Source: Mobula hypostoma
Taxonomy: Eukaryota
Direction: 5' to 3'
Length of the DNA: 64,000 nt
NCBI RefSeq assembly: GCF_963921235.1
Contig: NC_086097.1
Span: forward strand, 179,926,001 to 179,990,000
Shown: positions 37,400 to 51,049 of the stretch, one piece after another
Layout of the letters: each line of letters begins with the position of its first letter
Position numbering within the stretch: the first letter of the stretch is position 1
The notes under the pieces: generated by a model
Seen by the model: only the letters and a program-made list of their open reading frames with translations
What the model was told of the DNA's origin: nothing
Database searches by the model: none
Translations under genes and position numbers: made by a program

Positions 37400-38260
37400 T
37401 CCTGTGTAACGAACCCTTAAATGCTTGATGGACTACAGAGTTTGAGGATATAGGCAGAGAAATGTCATATGGAGCAGAATCTGAGAAAGTGTGAAGTGTG
37501 GCATTTTGTAAGGTCAAATGTAAGGGGGAAGTAAATAGTAAATGACAGGACCCTCTACAGGATTGATGTATCTTTGAGTACAAGTTCATCGCTACCTGAA
37601 AGTGGCAACACAATTGGATAGGATGGTAAAGAAATTATATGATATGCTTGCCTTCATTGGTCAGGCAATTAAGTATAAAAGTTGCTGCTGCACAAGGCTT
37701 TAGTTAGGCCAGATTTAGAGTGTTGTGTGGAGTTCAGGCCACTCCATCACAGGAAGGATATGGAGACTTTGGAGAGGGTGCTGGTTCGCCGGGATGCTGT
37801 CTGGATAAGCTATAAGGAGAGCCAAGGAGATTATAAGAGCATTTGCTATATGAAGAGATTGTACAAATTTGGATTATTTTATCTGAAGCATCCGACACAG
37901 AGGGGTGACCTGATAGATACTTATGAAGATATGAGACGCATAGACAGAGTGTTATTTCCCAGGATGGAAATATCATGAACAAAAGGACGTACATTGAAGG
38001 TGAGGGGGAAAACTTTTAAAGAAGATGTGCAGGGCAATTTTTTCACACAGAGTGTGATGGGTGCCTGGAACACACTGCCAGGGGAGATGGTGCAAGCAGC
38101 TGCAACTCTGGCCTTGAAGAGGCATTGAAATAGGCACATGAATCAGCTGGGAATAGACCATGTGCAAGCAGGTGGCATTAGCTCAATTTGGCTTCATGTT
38201 TAGTACAGACATTGTGGGCCAAAGGGCCTGTTACTGTGCTGTACCATTCTATATTCTATA
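37400..38260 (+). mobile_element. CR1 3' fragment (old)
   Basis: LHKALVRPDLECCVEF remnants and ttctatattctat tail. Confidence 0.8.
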
Positions 38261-38309
38261 AAACAGTAGTGGTGTTGACAAAGAATAAGAAATGTATCGA
38301 GGCACATCA

Positions 38310-41300
38310 CCGAGTTCGACTGGCGGGAAGAATTTTAAAAGAAGACAGCTTTATAGAGCAGGAGTCAGAGTAGGAGGGCTTTGGTGATAACTGGTCGAGG
38401 CGAGGTTAGTTACTTGTGAAGATTAATAGGAAGTATGTTTGTGAGGCCGGTGTTCTATACTGGGTGTCAAATGTGGGATGTCCAGGAGACCCCCAGCCTC
38501 CCGGACGGCCACATCTGCACCAGGTGCGTCAAGCTGCAGCTCCTTAAGGACCGGGTTAGGGAACTGGAGATGCAGCTCGATGACCTTCGCCTGATCAGGG
38601 AAAGTGAGGTGGTGATAGATAGGAGCTATAGGCAAGTAGTTACACTGGGGCCCAGGAGACAGATAAGTGGGTAACAGCCAGGAGAGGGAAGGGCAAGAGT
38701 TAGATACCAGAAAGTACCCCTGTGGCTGTCCCCCTCAACAATAAGTACTCCTGTTTGAGTACTGATGGGGGGGACAGCCTCTGGCACAGAGTCTAGCCCT
38801 GTGGCTCAGAAGGGTAGGGAAAGGGAAGAGGATGGCAGCAGTGACTCTATAGTTAGGGGGTCAGACAGGCAATTCTGTGGACATAAGAAAGAAACACGAA
38901 TGGTAGTTTCCCTCCCAGGTGTCAGGGTCTGGGATGTTTCTGATCATGTTCACAATATCCTGAAGTGAGGTGAACAGCCAGAGGTCGTGGTACATAGTGG
39001 TACCAACAACATAGGTTGGAAAAGGGAGGAGGTCCTGAAAACAGACTGCAGGGAGCTAGGAAAGAAGCTGAGAAGCAGGACCATAAAGGTAGTGATCTTG
39101 GGATTACTGCCTGTGCCATGCCACAGTGAGCAAAGGAACGGAATGAGGTCAAGGATAAATGCGTGGCTGAGGGATTGGAGCGGGGGGCAGGGATTCAGAT
39201 TTCTGGATCATTGCGACCTCTTTTGGGGCAGGCGTGACCTGTACAATAAAGATGGGTTGCACCTGAATCCAAGGGGGACCAATATCCTGGCAGGGAGGTT
39301 TGCTAAGGCTATTGGGGAGAGTTTAGACTAGAATCGCTGGGGTTGGGAACCAAACTGAAGAGACGGAGGAAGGGGCGGTTGGCTTACAAGCAGAGAAAGC
39401 TTGTAGGCAGTGTGAGAGGGAGGATAGGCAGGTGATAGAGAAGGGATTTGCTCAGACAGATGGTTTGAGACGTGACTATTTTAATGTAAGGGGTATCATG
39501 AACAAAGCGGATGAGAGAGCGTGGATCAGTACTTCGAGCTATGATGTTGTGGCCATTACAGAGACTTGGATGGCTCGGGGCAGGAATGGTTATGTAGAGT
39601 GCCAGGCTTTAGATGTTTCAGAAAGGATGGGGGTGGGGGCGCGGCACTGTTGATCAGATATAGTGTTACGGCTGCAGAAAAGGAGGAAGACATGGAGGGA
39701 TTGTCTACGGAGTCTCTGTGGATGGAAGTTAGAAGCAGGAAGGGGTCAATAACTCTACTGGGTATTTTTATAGACCACCCAATAGTAAAAGGGATATTGA
39801 GGAGCAGATAGGGAGACAGATCCTGGAAAGGTGTAATAATAACAGGGTTGTTGTGGTGGGAGATTTTAATTTCCCAAATATTGATTGGCATCTCCCTAGA
39901 GCAAGGGGTTTAGATAGAGTGGAGTCTGTTAGGTGTGTTCAGGAAGGTTCTTTGACACAATATGTAGATAAGCCTCCAAGAGGAGAGGCTGTACTTGATC
40001 TGGTATTAGGAAATGAACCTGGTCAGGTGTCAGGTCTGTCAGTAGGAGAGTATTTTGGAGATAGTGATCACAATTCTATCTCCTTTACCACAGCATTGGA
40101 GAGGGATAGGACCACACAAGTCAGGAAAATGTTTAATTGGAGTAAGAGGAAATATGCAGCTATCAGTCAGGAACTTGGAAGCATAAATTGGGAGCAGATG
40201 TTCTCAGGGAAATGTATGGCAGAAATGTGGCAAATGATCATGGGATATTTGCATGTCGTTCTGCACAGGTACATTGCAATGAGACAGGGAAAGGATGGTA
40301 GGGTACAGGAACCGAGGTGTACAAAGGCTGTAGAAAATCGAGTCAAGAAGAAAAGAAAAGCTTACAAAAGGTTCAAAAAACTAGCTAACGATGGAGATCC
40401 AGAAAATTATAAGGCTAGCAGGAAGGAGTTTAAGAATGAAATTAGGAGAGCCAGAAGGGGCCATGAGAAGGCCTTGGTGAGCAGGAGTAAGGAAAACCCT
40501 GAGGCATTCTACAAATATGTGAAGAGCAAGAGGATAAGATGTGAGAGAATAGGACCAATAAAGTGTGACAGTGAAAAAGTGTGTATCGAACTGGAGGAGA
40601 TAGCAGAGGTACTTAATGAGTACTTTGCTTCAGTATTCACTACGGAAAAGGTCCTTGGCGATTGTAGGGATGACTTACAGCAGTCTGAAAAGCTTGAGCA
40701 TAAAAACATTAAGAAAGAGGATGTGCTGCAACCTTTAAAAAGCATCAAGTTGGATAAGTCACCAGGACCGGACGAGATATACCCCAGGCTACTGTGGGAG
40801 GCGAGGGAGGAGATTGCTGAGCCTCTGGCAATGATCTTTGCATCATCAATGGGGACGGGAGAGGTCCTGGAGGATTGGAGGGATGCGGATGTTGTACCCC
40901 TTTTCAAGAAAGGGAGTAGAGATAGCCCAGGAAATTATAGACCAGTGAGTCTTACTTCGGTGCTCGATAAGTTGATGGAGAAGATCCTGAGAGGCAGGAT
41001 TTATGAACATTTGGAGAAGCATAATATGATTAGGCACAGTCAGCTTGGCGTTGTCAAAGGCAAGTCATGCCTTACGAGCCTGAATGAATTTTTTGAGGAT
41101 GTGACTAAACACACTGATGAAGGTAGAGCAGTAGATGTAGCGCATATGGATTTCAGCAAGGCATTTGATAAGGTATCCCAGGCAAGACTTATTGAGAAAG
41201 TAAGGAGGCATGGGATCCAAGGGGATCTTGCTTGGTGGATCCAAAATTGGCTTGTCCACAGAAGGCAAAGAGTTGTTGGTGATGGGTCATATTCTGCATG

Positions 41301-42330
41301 GAGGTCTGTGACCAGTGGTGTGCCCCAGGTATCTGTTCTGGGATCCCTTCTCTTCATGATTTCTATAAATGACCTGGATAAGGAAGTGGAGGGAAGGGTT
41401 AATAAATTTGCTGATGACACAAAGGTTGGGGGTGTTGTGGATTGTGTGGAGGGCTGTCAAAGGTTACAGAAAGACATTGATAGGATGCAAATCTGGGCTG
41501 AGAAGTGGCAGGTGGAGTTCAATACAGATAAGTGTGAAGTGGTTCATTTTGGTAGGTCAAATATAATGGCAGAAAATAGTATTAATGGTAAGACTCTTGG
41601 CAGTGTGGAGGATCAGAGGGATCTTGTGGTCTGAGTCCATAGAATACTCAAAGCTGCTGCGTAGGTTGACTGTGTGGTTAAGAAGGCATGTCGTTTATTG
41701 GCCTTCATCAACCATGGGATTGAGTTTAAGAGCCGAGAAGTAATGTTACAGCTATATAGGACCCTGATCAGACCCCACTTGGAGTACTGTGCTCAGGTCT
41801 GGTCACCTCATTGCAGGAAGGGTGTGGAAACTATAGAAATGGTGCAGAACAGATTTACAAGGATGTTGCCTGGATCGGGGAACATGCCTTATGAGAATTG
41901 GTTGAGTGAACTTGGCCTTTTCTCCTTGGAGCAACAGAGGATGAGAGATGACCTGATAGAGGTGTATAAGATGATGAGAGGCATTGATCATGTGTATAGT
42001 CAGAGGCTTTTTCCCAGAGCTGAAATGGCTAACACGAGAGGACACAGTTTTAAGGTGCTTGGAAGTAGGTACAGAGGAGATGTCAGGGGTAGGTTATTGT
42101 TTTTTTTTAAAAAAAAACAAAGAGTGGTGAGTGCGTGGAATGGGCTGCTGGCAACGGTTATGGAGGTAGATACAATAGGGTCTTTTAAGAGACTCCTGGA
42201 TAGGTACATGGAGCTTAGAAAAATAGAGGGCTATGGGTAACCCTAGGTAATTTCTAAAGTAAGTACATGTTCGGCACAGCTTTGTGGGCCAAAGGGCCTG
42301 TATTGTGCTGTGGGTTTTCTATGTTTCTAT
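38310..42330 (+). mobile_element. Near full-length CR1 LINE (5'UTR, ORF1 zinc finger/coiled coil/esterase, ORF2 APE-RT), inactivated
   Basis: ORF 38435 (C..MW...HICTRC..LQLL.DRVRELE); 38987 esterase; 39853..41634 593-aa APE-RT; 41674..42240 C-terminus; tttctatgtttctat tail. Confidence 0.96.
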
Positions 42331-42894
42331 GGATTTGACTGACTGTAGAGTGAATGTAGGAAAAGACCTGAACCAATTGCATTTCTAAATGTATTATGAA
42401 TCACGTATATTTCTGAGCTCTCAGCATTTGCTTGCTGACCCACTGTTGCCTTTTCATCCTTGAGGAGTTTTCCCATGTCTTTGATGAATTGATTTTCCAT
42501 GCACTTGGATGGCCTCCCAAGTCAGTGTTATTTGTAGAGCCTCTGCTGTGGCTCTGCCGCCTACACAATCCAAACACATCTGGGAGATCTATCAAGCTGC
42601 TTCTGAATCAGGTTGGGAATGACGGTCGTTGGATTCATCCAAGACACATGGATTATTTAAATTCTGTCAGGTCACCAGGGTAAATAAAAACCTGTTCTAT
42701 GCGAGTGCGAGTTTGCTGCATCAGTAAACATCCTAGTACTACAGATTCATCTACAGAAGGCCAGGAGAATCGGTGTATCCCACAGCTCCCCACACAATTA
42801 GGGCACAGCCTTGCCAACATTTGTGGAGTTTACGTATTAAACAGTCCTGGAATCACCTGCTCTGTAAGACTGTTGCTACTATTCACAATAATGC

Positions 42895-43900
42895 ATTAGT
42901 CAAGAAGGGAACAAGGGATGATCTTGGAAACTATAGACCAAGGAGTATCACGTCAGTGCTAGGAAAGTTACTGGAGAGAATTCTTTGGGATAGGATTTAT
43001 GAGCATTTGGAAAACCATGGCCTGTTAGGGAGAGCCAGCATGGCTTTGTGCAAGGCAAGTCATGTCTTATTAATTTGACTGAGTTAGCGAATATGGTTGA
43101 TGAAGGTAGAGCTGAACATGTTGTCTATGTGGATTTTAGTAAGGTGTTTGACAAGACCCCTCATGGGAGGCTCATCCAGAAGATAAAGATGCATTGGATC
43201 AATGGTAAATCGGCATTTAGATTCAGAACGGGTTTGCCCACAGAAGACAGAGTGCTGGTCGAAGGAACATATTCTAGCTGGAGCTCTGTGATTAGTGATG
43301 TTCTACAGGGGCAGAATTTGTTAAGAGTGCCCAGGGCCATCTTAACTGCGTCTTACAGGATTGACAGCATCCTGACAAGTTGCATCTCCATCTGCTATGG
43401 GAGTAGTCAAGCATCGGACCGGAAATCCCTACAAAGGACTGTGAGAACAGCTGAGAGGATCATAGGGGTTTTTCTAACATCCATCAGGGACATTTATCAG
43501 GAGTGCTGCGTACACAGAGCCCTTAGTATTATTAAGGATCCCATCCATCCATCCAGCATCCTCTGACTTTCTACCATCAGGCGGGAGACTACGATACATA
43601 AAAACAAGAACGGTAAGGATGAGAAACAGTTTCTTCCCTCAGGCCATCAGCTGGATTGTATCCAAAGCGTCACTGGTTAATCTGTTCCGTACCTTACAAT
43701 ATTTAATATTAGTGCACTTTAGTTTGTGAATGTGAGATTCATTTGTAGATCTTATCCTTACCTTCATAAGTTATCTTGTGTTACCTGTGCTTTATGTGTG
43801 CTTTACACTCTGGTTCGAAAAAACATCTCATTTCTATATATTGTATATTATATGATTATATACGTGTATATAATTAAATGACAATGAACTTGATTTGACC
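42895..43900 (+). mobile_element. CR1 RT fragment (to ~43315) abutting a Rex1 3' fragment
   Basis: ORF 43048..43566 switches from CR1 (VDFSKVFDK) to Rex1 (DSILTSCI...IIKDPIHPS). Confidence 0.8.
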
Positions 43901-44290
43901 TGAAAGTTTTCTGCAGCAATGACGGTCCTATTTCAGAAGGATGGTCTTCAATTAAGAAATAAAGCTGGCAAGTGGCTAAAGCATCACTGAGGAGAACTTT
44001 GGGCCCAGTGACAAGAGTTTTACTAGTCATAGAAAAAGATAAATTCTTAAATTGGGGCAAACATGATTTTGATGGCATTAGGCAAGAACTTGCAAAGTTT
44101 GACTGGGGTGTACAGTTCACAGGTAATGGGATGTTTGACAATAAGGAAGCTTTTAAAATTGAGATAGGGAGACAGTTCAGGGAGAGCACAATCCTGCGAG
44201 AGTAAAGGGCAAGGCTGGCAGATATAGGGATTCCTGTTTCTTTTAAATATATATTTTACTTTATTTTTATTTAGAGATACAGCACAATAA

Positions 44291-45850
44291 CTATGGGCAC
44301 CCGTATGGGTCCTAGCTATGCCTGCCTTTTTGTTGGGTTTGTGGAACAATCTATGTTCCGTGCCTATTCTGGTATCTGTCCCCCACTTTTCCTTCGCTAC
44401 ATTGACGACTGCATTGGCGCTGCTTCCTGCACGCATGCAGAACTCGTTGACTTTATTAACTTTGCCTCCAACTTTCACCCTGCCCTCAAGTTTACCTGGT
44501 CCATTTCCGACGCCTCCCTCCCCTTTCTAGATCTTTCTGTCTCTGTCTCTGGAGACAGCTTATCCACTGATGTCTACTATAAGCCTACTGACTCTCACAG
44601 CTATCTGGACTATTCCTCTTCTCACCCTGTCTCTTGCAAAAACGCCATCCCCTTCTCGCAATTCCTCCGTCTCCGCCGCATCTGCTCTCAGGATGAGGCT
44701 TTTCATTCTAGGACGAGGGAGATGTCTTCCTTTTTTAAAGAAAGGGGCTTCCCTTCCTCCACTATCAACTCTGTTCTTAAACGCATCTCCCCCATTTCAC
44801 ATACATCTGCTCTCACTCCATCCTCCCACCACCCCACTAGGAATAGGGTTCCCCTGGTCCTCACCTACCACCCCACCAGCCTCCGGGTCCAACATATTAT
44901 TCTCTGTAACTTCCGCCACCTCCAACGGGATTCCACCACTAAGCACATCTTTCCCTCCCCCCCCCCTCTGCATTCCGCAGGGATCGCTCCCTACACAACT
45001 CCCTTGTCCATTCGTCCCCCCCATCCCTCCCCACTGATCTCCCTCCTGGTACTTATCCATGTAAGCGGAACAAGTGTTACACATTCCCTTACACTTCCTC
45101 CCTTAGCACCATTCAGGGCCCCAAACAGTCCTTCCAGGTGAGGCAACACTTCACCTGTGAGTCGACTGGGGTGATATACTGCGTCCGGTGCTCCCGATGT
45201 GGCCTTTTATATATTGACGAGACCTGACGCAGACTGGGAGACCGCTTTGCTGAACATCTACGCTCTGTCCGCCAGAGAAAGCAGGATCTCCCAGTGGCCA
45301 TACATTTTAATTCCACATCCCATTCTGACATGTCTATCCACGGCCTCCTCTACTGTAAAGATGAAGCCACACTCAGGTTGGAGGAACAACACCTTATATT
45401 CCGTCTGGGTAGCCTCCAACCTGATGGCATGAACATCGACTTCTCTAACTTCCGCTAAGGCCCCACCTCCCCCTCGTACCCCATCTGTTACTCATTTTTA
45501 TGCACACATTCTTTCTCTCACTCTCCTTTTTCTCCCTCTGTCCCTCTGAATATACCTCTTGCCCATCCTCTGGGTCCCCCCCCCCCTTGTCTTTCTTCCC
45601 GGACCTCCTGTCTCATGATCCTCTCGTATCCCCTTTTGCCTATCACCTGTCCAGCTCTTGGCTCCATCCCTCCCCCTCCTGTCTTCTCCTATCATTTTGG
45701 ATCTCCCCCTCCCCCTCCAACTTTCAAATCCCTTACTCACTCTTCCTTCAGTTAGTCCTGACGAAGGGTCTCGGCCTGAAACGTCGACTGTACCTCTTCC
45801 TAGAGATGCTGCCTGGCCTGCTGCGTTCACCAGCAACTTTGATGTGTGTT
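44291..45850 (+). mobile_element. Penelope-like element (Neptune-type), 5'-truncated and young, inserted in a V-SINE
   Basis: RT MGTRMGPSYA...RYIDD; after a poly-C frameshift, CKRNKC...VIYCVRCSRCGLLYIDET (GIY-YIG); 3' UTR with hammerhead. Confidence 0.93.
45753..45790 (+). ncRNA. Minimal type I hammerhead ribozyme motif (best copy)
   Basis: Stem I tagtc/gactg; CTGACGA 45758-45764; stem II agg/cct; GAAA 45778-45781; palindromic ACGT; GUC with predicted cleavage after 45785. Confidence 0.8.
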
Positions 45851-46319
45851 ATCCAGCCCACACTGCTCAGTTACACCCCGGTGACCAATTCGCCTGCTAA
45901 CACAGGTCTTTGGAACTTGGGAGAAAATCGAAGCACCTGGAGGAAACCCAATCCGTCATTGGAAGAACACACAAACTCCTTATATGCGGGGGGATGGGGG
46001 ATTGAATTTGGGTCACTGGCACTGTAATAATGTTATGCTAACCACTATGATACCCTGGCATGAGATTTGATGAGAGAAATTGAGGATCTAATCATGAAAA
46101 AGTTATAGGCAGCTAGGCTCAAGCAATTCTCTTGATGTGGGAGCTCCAATTAGTCCAGCTTTTCCGGGCCAACTAAACCCACCCTTCACTTCTGGAGGAA
46201 GTTTCTGGGGTTTATTTTTCTGAGATGGAGTGTTTCCGGAGTTGTGGGACTGTGTTTCTGGGGAGCATTGTATCTGATGGTATAGAAATGGGATACACCT
46301 GGAAGATCAGATAAAGGAG

Positions 46320-48840
46320 AATCAAAATTCAAAGCAAATTTATTAGAAAGTACAAATACATCACCATATACAACCCTGAGATCCATTTTCTTATGGGCAT
46401 ACTCAATGAATCCATAAAATAATAACCATAATAGAATCAATGACAGACCACAGCAATTTGGGCATTCAACTAGTGTGCAAAAGATAACAAACTGCAAATA
46501 CAGGAAGAAAGAAATAATAACAAATTAATAATTAATCAATAAATATCAAGAACATAAGATGAAGAAACCTTGAAAGTAAGTCTATAGTTTGTGGGAAGAA
46601 ATCAATGATGGGGCCAGTGAAGATGACTGAAATTATCCTCTTTGGTTTAAGAGCCTGATGGTTGAGGGATAATATCAGAATCCTAAGACGTTCTACACAA
46701 ACCAAAAGCAAAAATTGTAACTGGGGAGAGTAGGCCTGTTTCAGGATCAGTGTGTCATCCATGTGGGAGATTAATAGAGTCTTATATGAGTACTCTCATC
46801 TGTATTTACCATGAAGAAGGAACTGGAAGCTAGACAGTTCAGTGATGACCTGAAACCTATCCATATCACAAAGAAGGTGCCGGTGATCTTGAAGCCAAAA
46901 GGGGTGGATAAAGGTGGAAAGCATTCTTCGCAGATGTATAACAGCCTCATACAGAAAAGCCTACAAACAGTACTTGATACTGCCCGGTCCATCAAGGGTA
47001 ATGCCCTCCCCACCACAGAGCACATTTATACACATGACTGTCACAGGATACCAGCACCCATCATCAAGAAGCCCCATCATACAGGCCATGCTTTCTTCTC
47101 ACAGCTACCATCAGAAGGTGGTACAGGAGGCTCAGGACTCACGCCATTAGGTTCAGGAACACCTAACATCACCTACATTATTACCCTTCAACATCAGGCT
47201 CGTGAATAGAGGGAATAACTTCACTCAACTTCATTTGCTCCATTACTAAACTGTTCCCACAGCCTGTATACGGACTCACCTTCAAGAACTCTTCATCTCA
47301 TGTTCTTGATATTTATTTATTTATTTATTTATTATGGGGGTGGGGGGGTTCTTCTTTCTTTTTGTATTTGCACAGTTTGTTGCTTATTTTTTCACAATGG
47401 TTATTGTCCATCCTGTTGGGGGCGGTCTTTCATTGATTCCAGTGTGTTTCTTGTATTTACTGTGATTGCTTACAAGAAAATAAATCTAAAGGTTGTAAAT
47501 GGTGACGTGTGTACTTTGATAATAAATTTACTCTGAACTTTGATCGGCGAGAAACTTGTCTGTTATTACTCATGGCTCTGCTTCATTAGGAGTTTGAGAG
47601 GATTCAATACATCACCAAAGACTCTAGTAAATGTCTACAGATGTACAGTGGAGAGCATTCTGACAGATTGCATCACTGTCTGGTATGGGGCTGCAGTGCA
47701 CAAGAGGGTTGTAGATGCAGCCAGCCCCATCATGGACAGAACCCTCCTCCCCATTGAGACCTTCAAGAGCTGGTTCCTCAAGAAGGTATCATCACCATTA
47801 AGGACCCTCACTATCAGGAATATGCCCCCTTCCCATTACTGCCAATTGGGAAAGAGATACAGGAGTCTTTAGACCCACAGTCAGTAATTCAGGAACAGAT
47901 ACTTCAGATTTCTGAATGGTCCATGAACCCATGAACACGACCTCGTTATTCATTTGTTTCTTTGCAATATTTATTTATATAATACAAAGTAATTTTATGT
48001 TTTTGCACTGTACTGCTGCAGCAAACAACAAATTTCATGACATCTAGGTCAGCATAACATTCTGGTTCCACACTGCCTACTGTAAGTGGCCTGTCTGTCA
48101 GTCACTGCCCAATTTTCCCAATCCTCAAGGGAAAACTTCCACAGCTCAATAGCAAACAGCACCTCAACGCTCTGACAATTCACGGCCTGCAGACTGACAC
48201 ACCCATTTACCAAGTTCTACACAAAACACTAACTTCTCACTGGCTCCGTGAACCAGTCACACTGCAAGCAGCGACCTGCCACAACAAGATGGTTTAATGT
48301 AAGGTGTGAGGAGAGAGACGCGTACATGGATGTACGTGTACAGAAATATTTCAGCAGAGGAGGGTTTTTTTAAAAAAAGAATTGGTGTTAATTAAATATC
48401 ATAAGTATAGCACAGTGTATCAGTCAGCAGAGACCAAGCTGAGTTTATTGTCATCTACACAAGTCCATCTATGCCATGAAAACTTTACTTGCAACAGCAT
48501 CACAGACACATGACATCATATCAACAGCATTCACAAGAAAAATATAAATTAAGTATAAATTATACACAATTTTTACCAAAAAACCCACCCATTTTAGTTC
48601 TAAGTGTCAGAATGATCGTGGTGTTGCTAAACTGTAGTGATTAAAGTTGTGCCACTTGGTTTGAGAAACAAATGGTTGAAGGGAACTGACTGTTCCTGAA
48701 CCAGGAGGTGTAGGACTTCAGGCTTCTGTACCTCCTGCCTGATGGCAGCTGTGAGAAGATGGCATGATCAGCGGGAATAATGATGGATGTTGCCTTCTTG
48801 AAGCTTTGCTTTCGATAAATACATTCAGTGGTGGGGATGA
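46320..48840. mobile_element. Cluster of Rex1/Babar 3' fragments in both orientations
   Basis: ESILRRCIT and YRCTVESILTDCITVWYG remnants with Rex-type UTRs. Confidence 0.7.
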
Positions 48841-51049
48841 GAGCTCACAGACAGCTTCAATCAGGCATTTAAGGTGAGAGAAGCAAGTTCAAAGAATTGG
48901 TGTTTTTTTTACACTAGAGAGTGCAGGGTGCTTGGGATGTGCAGCCGGGGGTAGTGGAGGCAGCAAATATGATAAGGATGTTTAAGACGCTCTTAGATAG
49001 AGGGTGCAGGTCGATGGGAATAGGCAGTTTGAATGGTTCAGCACAGACTAGATAGTCTGAAGGCACTATTTCTACACGGTACTTTTCTATGACTCCATAG
49101 AAACGTGTATGTGCAGAGAATGGAGGGATACGGACATTGTGTAGGCAGGAGAGATTAGTGTAGTTAAGTTTTTAACTCCTAGTTTAGTTAGTTCAGCACA
49201 ACTGCGTAGGCCCAGTGCCTGTTCCTGTGCGGTACCACTCTATATTCTATTTTCTTTGTTCTGTGTTCAATGATCTATGATATGAGGAGAATCTTGCAGA
49301 GCAGTCTGGAACTCAGTGTTGTAGGGGTAGAAACAGAGACGATGGAGAGAGAGTTTGCAGGACTGTGGAGAAAGAGTGGTGGACTGGGACTGAAGGGACT
49401 GCTCTACCTGGAGCCAGCACCAATCAGATGAACAGAATGTTCTCCTTCTGTGTAGTAACTGTTATTCATAGAGTCATACTGCATGGTAACAGGCCCTTCA
49501 GCCCATCTGGTCCATGCCAGCCAAGATACCTCATTCAAGCTAAACTCATTTGCCATCATTTGGTCCGTAACTTCCTAAACTTTTCCAATCCATGGATCTG
49601 TCCAGCTGTCTTCTAAAAGTTATTATTGTACCTGCTTCAACCACTTCCTTCAGCAGCACATTTCACTAAAATACCATCTTTTATTCCTATTAAATCTCTC
49701 CCTCTCACTCTATCTACTCCCTCATGATTTTATACATCTCTATAAGATCACCCCTCAGTCTCAAATGCTTCAAAGAATAAAATCCTAGTCTGTCCAGCCT
49801 CTCCCTTTAACTCAGTCCCTCAGATCCTGGCACATCTTCGTAAATCTGTTCTGTATTCCTTTCAGCTTAATAACATCTTTCCTATAGCAGGGCAACAAAA
49901 CTGCACAATACTGTACCCCAAGTGCAGCCTAGTTCTACGATACTTTCACAATCGATAGTAACATCAAATGATGCAATTAACCCACTTGCTATAACTAATT
50001 TTAAGTTCAAAGTCAGTGCAGAAGTTCAGTTTATATTTCACTTCAAGGAAAATTGTGATAATTTTGACTAAAACATTGGACAGACATGATGTTGGTGCCT
50101 ATTTTGGTGAAGTTTGATTATTACAGTTCTCTTCTTGTCTCGACTGCTGAGAATTATTCAAAAGGAATACCAAATATTTTCTGAATTAGTCTTCTGTTAC
50201 TTTGAAAATCATAGCTGCTGACTAGTAAACTAAACAGGACCTCTGCAGTGGGTAAATTTATGAAAAGTGAAAAAACAGTACATTGGCAAAAGTCTGTAAT
50301 TATAGTAATTTTTTACGTAAAGCGCTACAAAGCAACTAATTTTATAACGTATGTCAGTGATAATAAACCGAATTCTGATTCTGATTGTAGTCAAGTCATT
50401 ACCTCTGTAGTAACTGTACTTTGGCAATGGTGTCAGCTCCCTAACTGATCTCGTCCATTTTTGCAATGAGACATCTGTCCCCACTTGTCACATCCAATTA
50501 AATCAACTAGGATTGCAAATGCACTAGCAACGCAGGAAACTGTAGATGCTGGAATCCAGTGGACAAACAGGGGGAGGTGGGGGGCTGAGTGAGCAAAGGA
50601 ATTGTCGAGGAAGGCAGGTCCTGTGCAGCGTTTCAACCTGAAACATTGACAATTCTTTAACCCTCTCCAATACACTTCCACACATGCGGGGGCAGAGTTA
50701 AGATAGCGCCTCGTTGAGCTTGTCTGTGGAAAAAGCTTAAATTTGTCTCTTTAATATCTCTTTTCACCTTTTCCAGATAGCTGAGGTTCTATTGAGGTGC
50801 CTGATCTGCAACAGCACTCAAAACTGCGTTTTTCTCACTGTGATGAGTGCCTGCTCTCGGAGCTCACTGATTGACCAGCCGTTTTCCGACATTCTCCAGA
50901 CGCGGCATGGAAGACAGCGGGATACAGCCCTGTGGACAACTGATTCCAGGCCATCTACAAGATTTGAATCAGTGATGGGACCTTCTCCACCTGTGTGGGC
51001 AAGTACAGCCCCAATAAATGCAAGAGGGTTGACACCATCCAGGACAAGT

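Noticed and set aside
43048..43566. 172-aa ORF resembling a chimeric RT
   Set aside because: Chance in-frame junction of decayed CR1 and Rex1 fragments.
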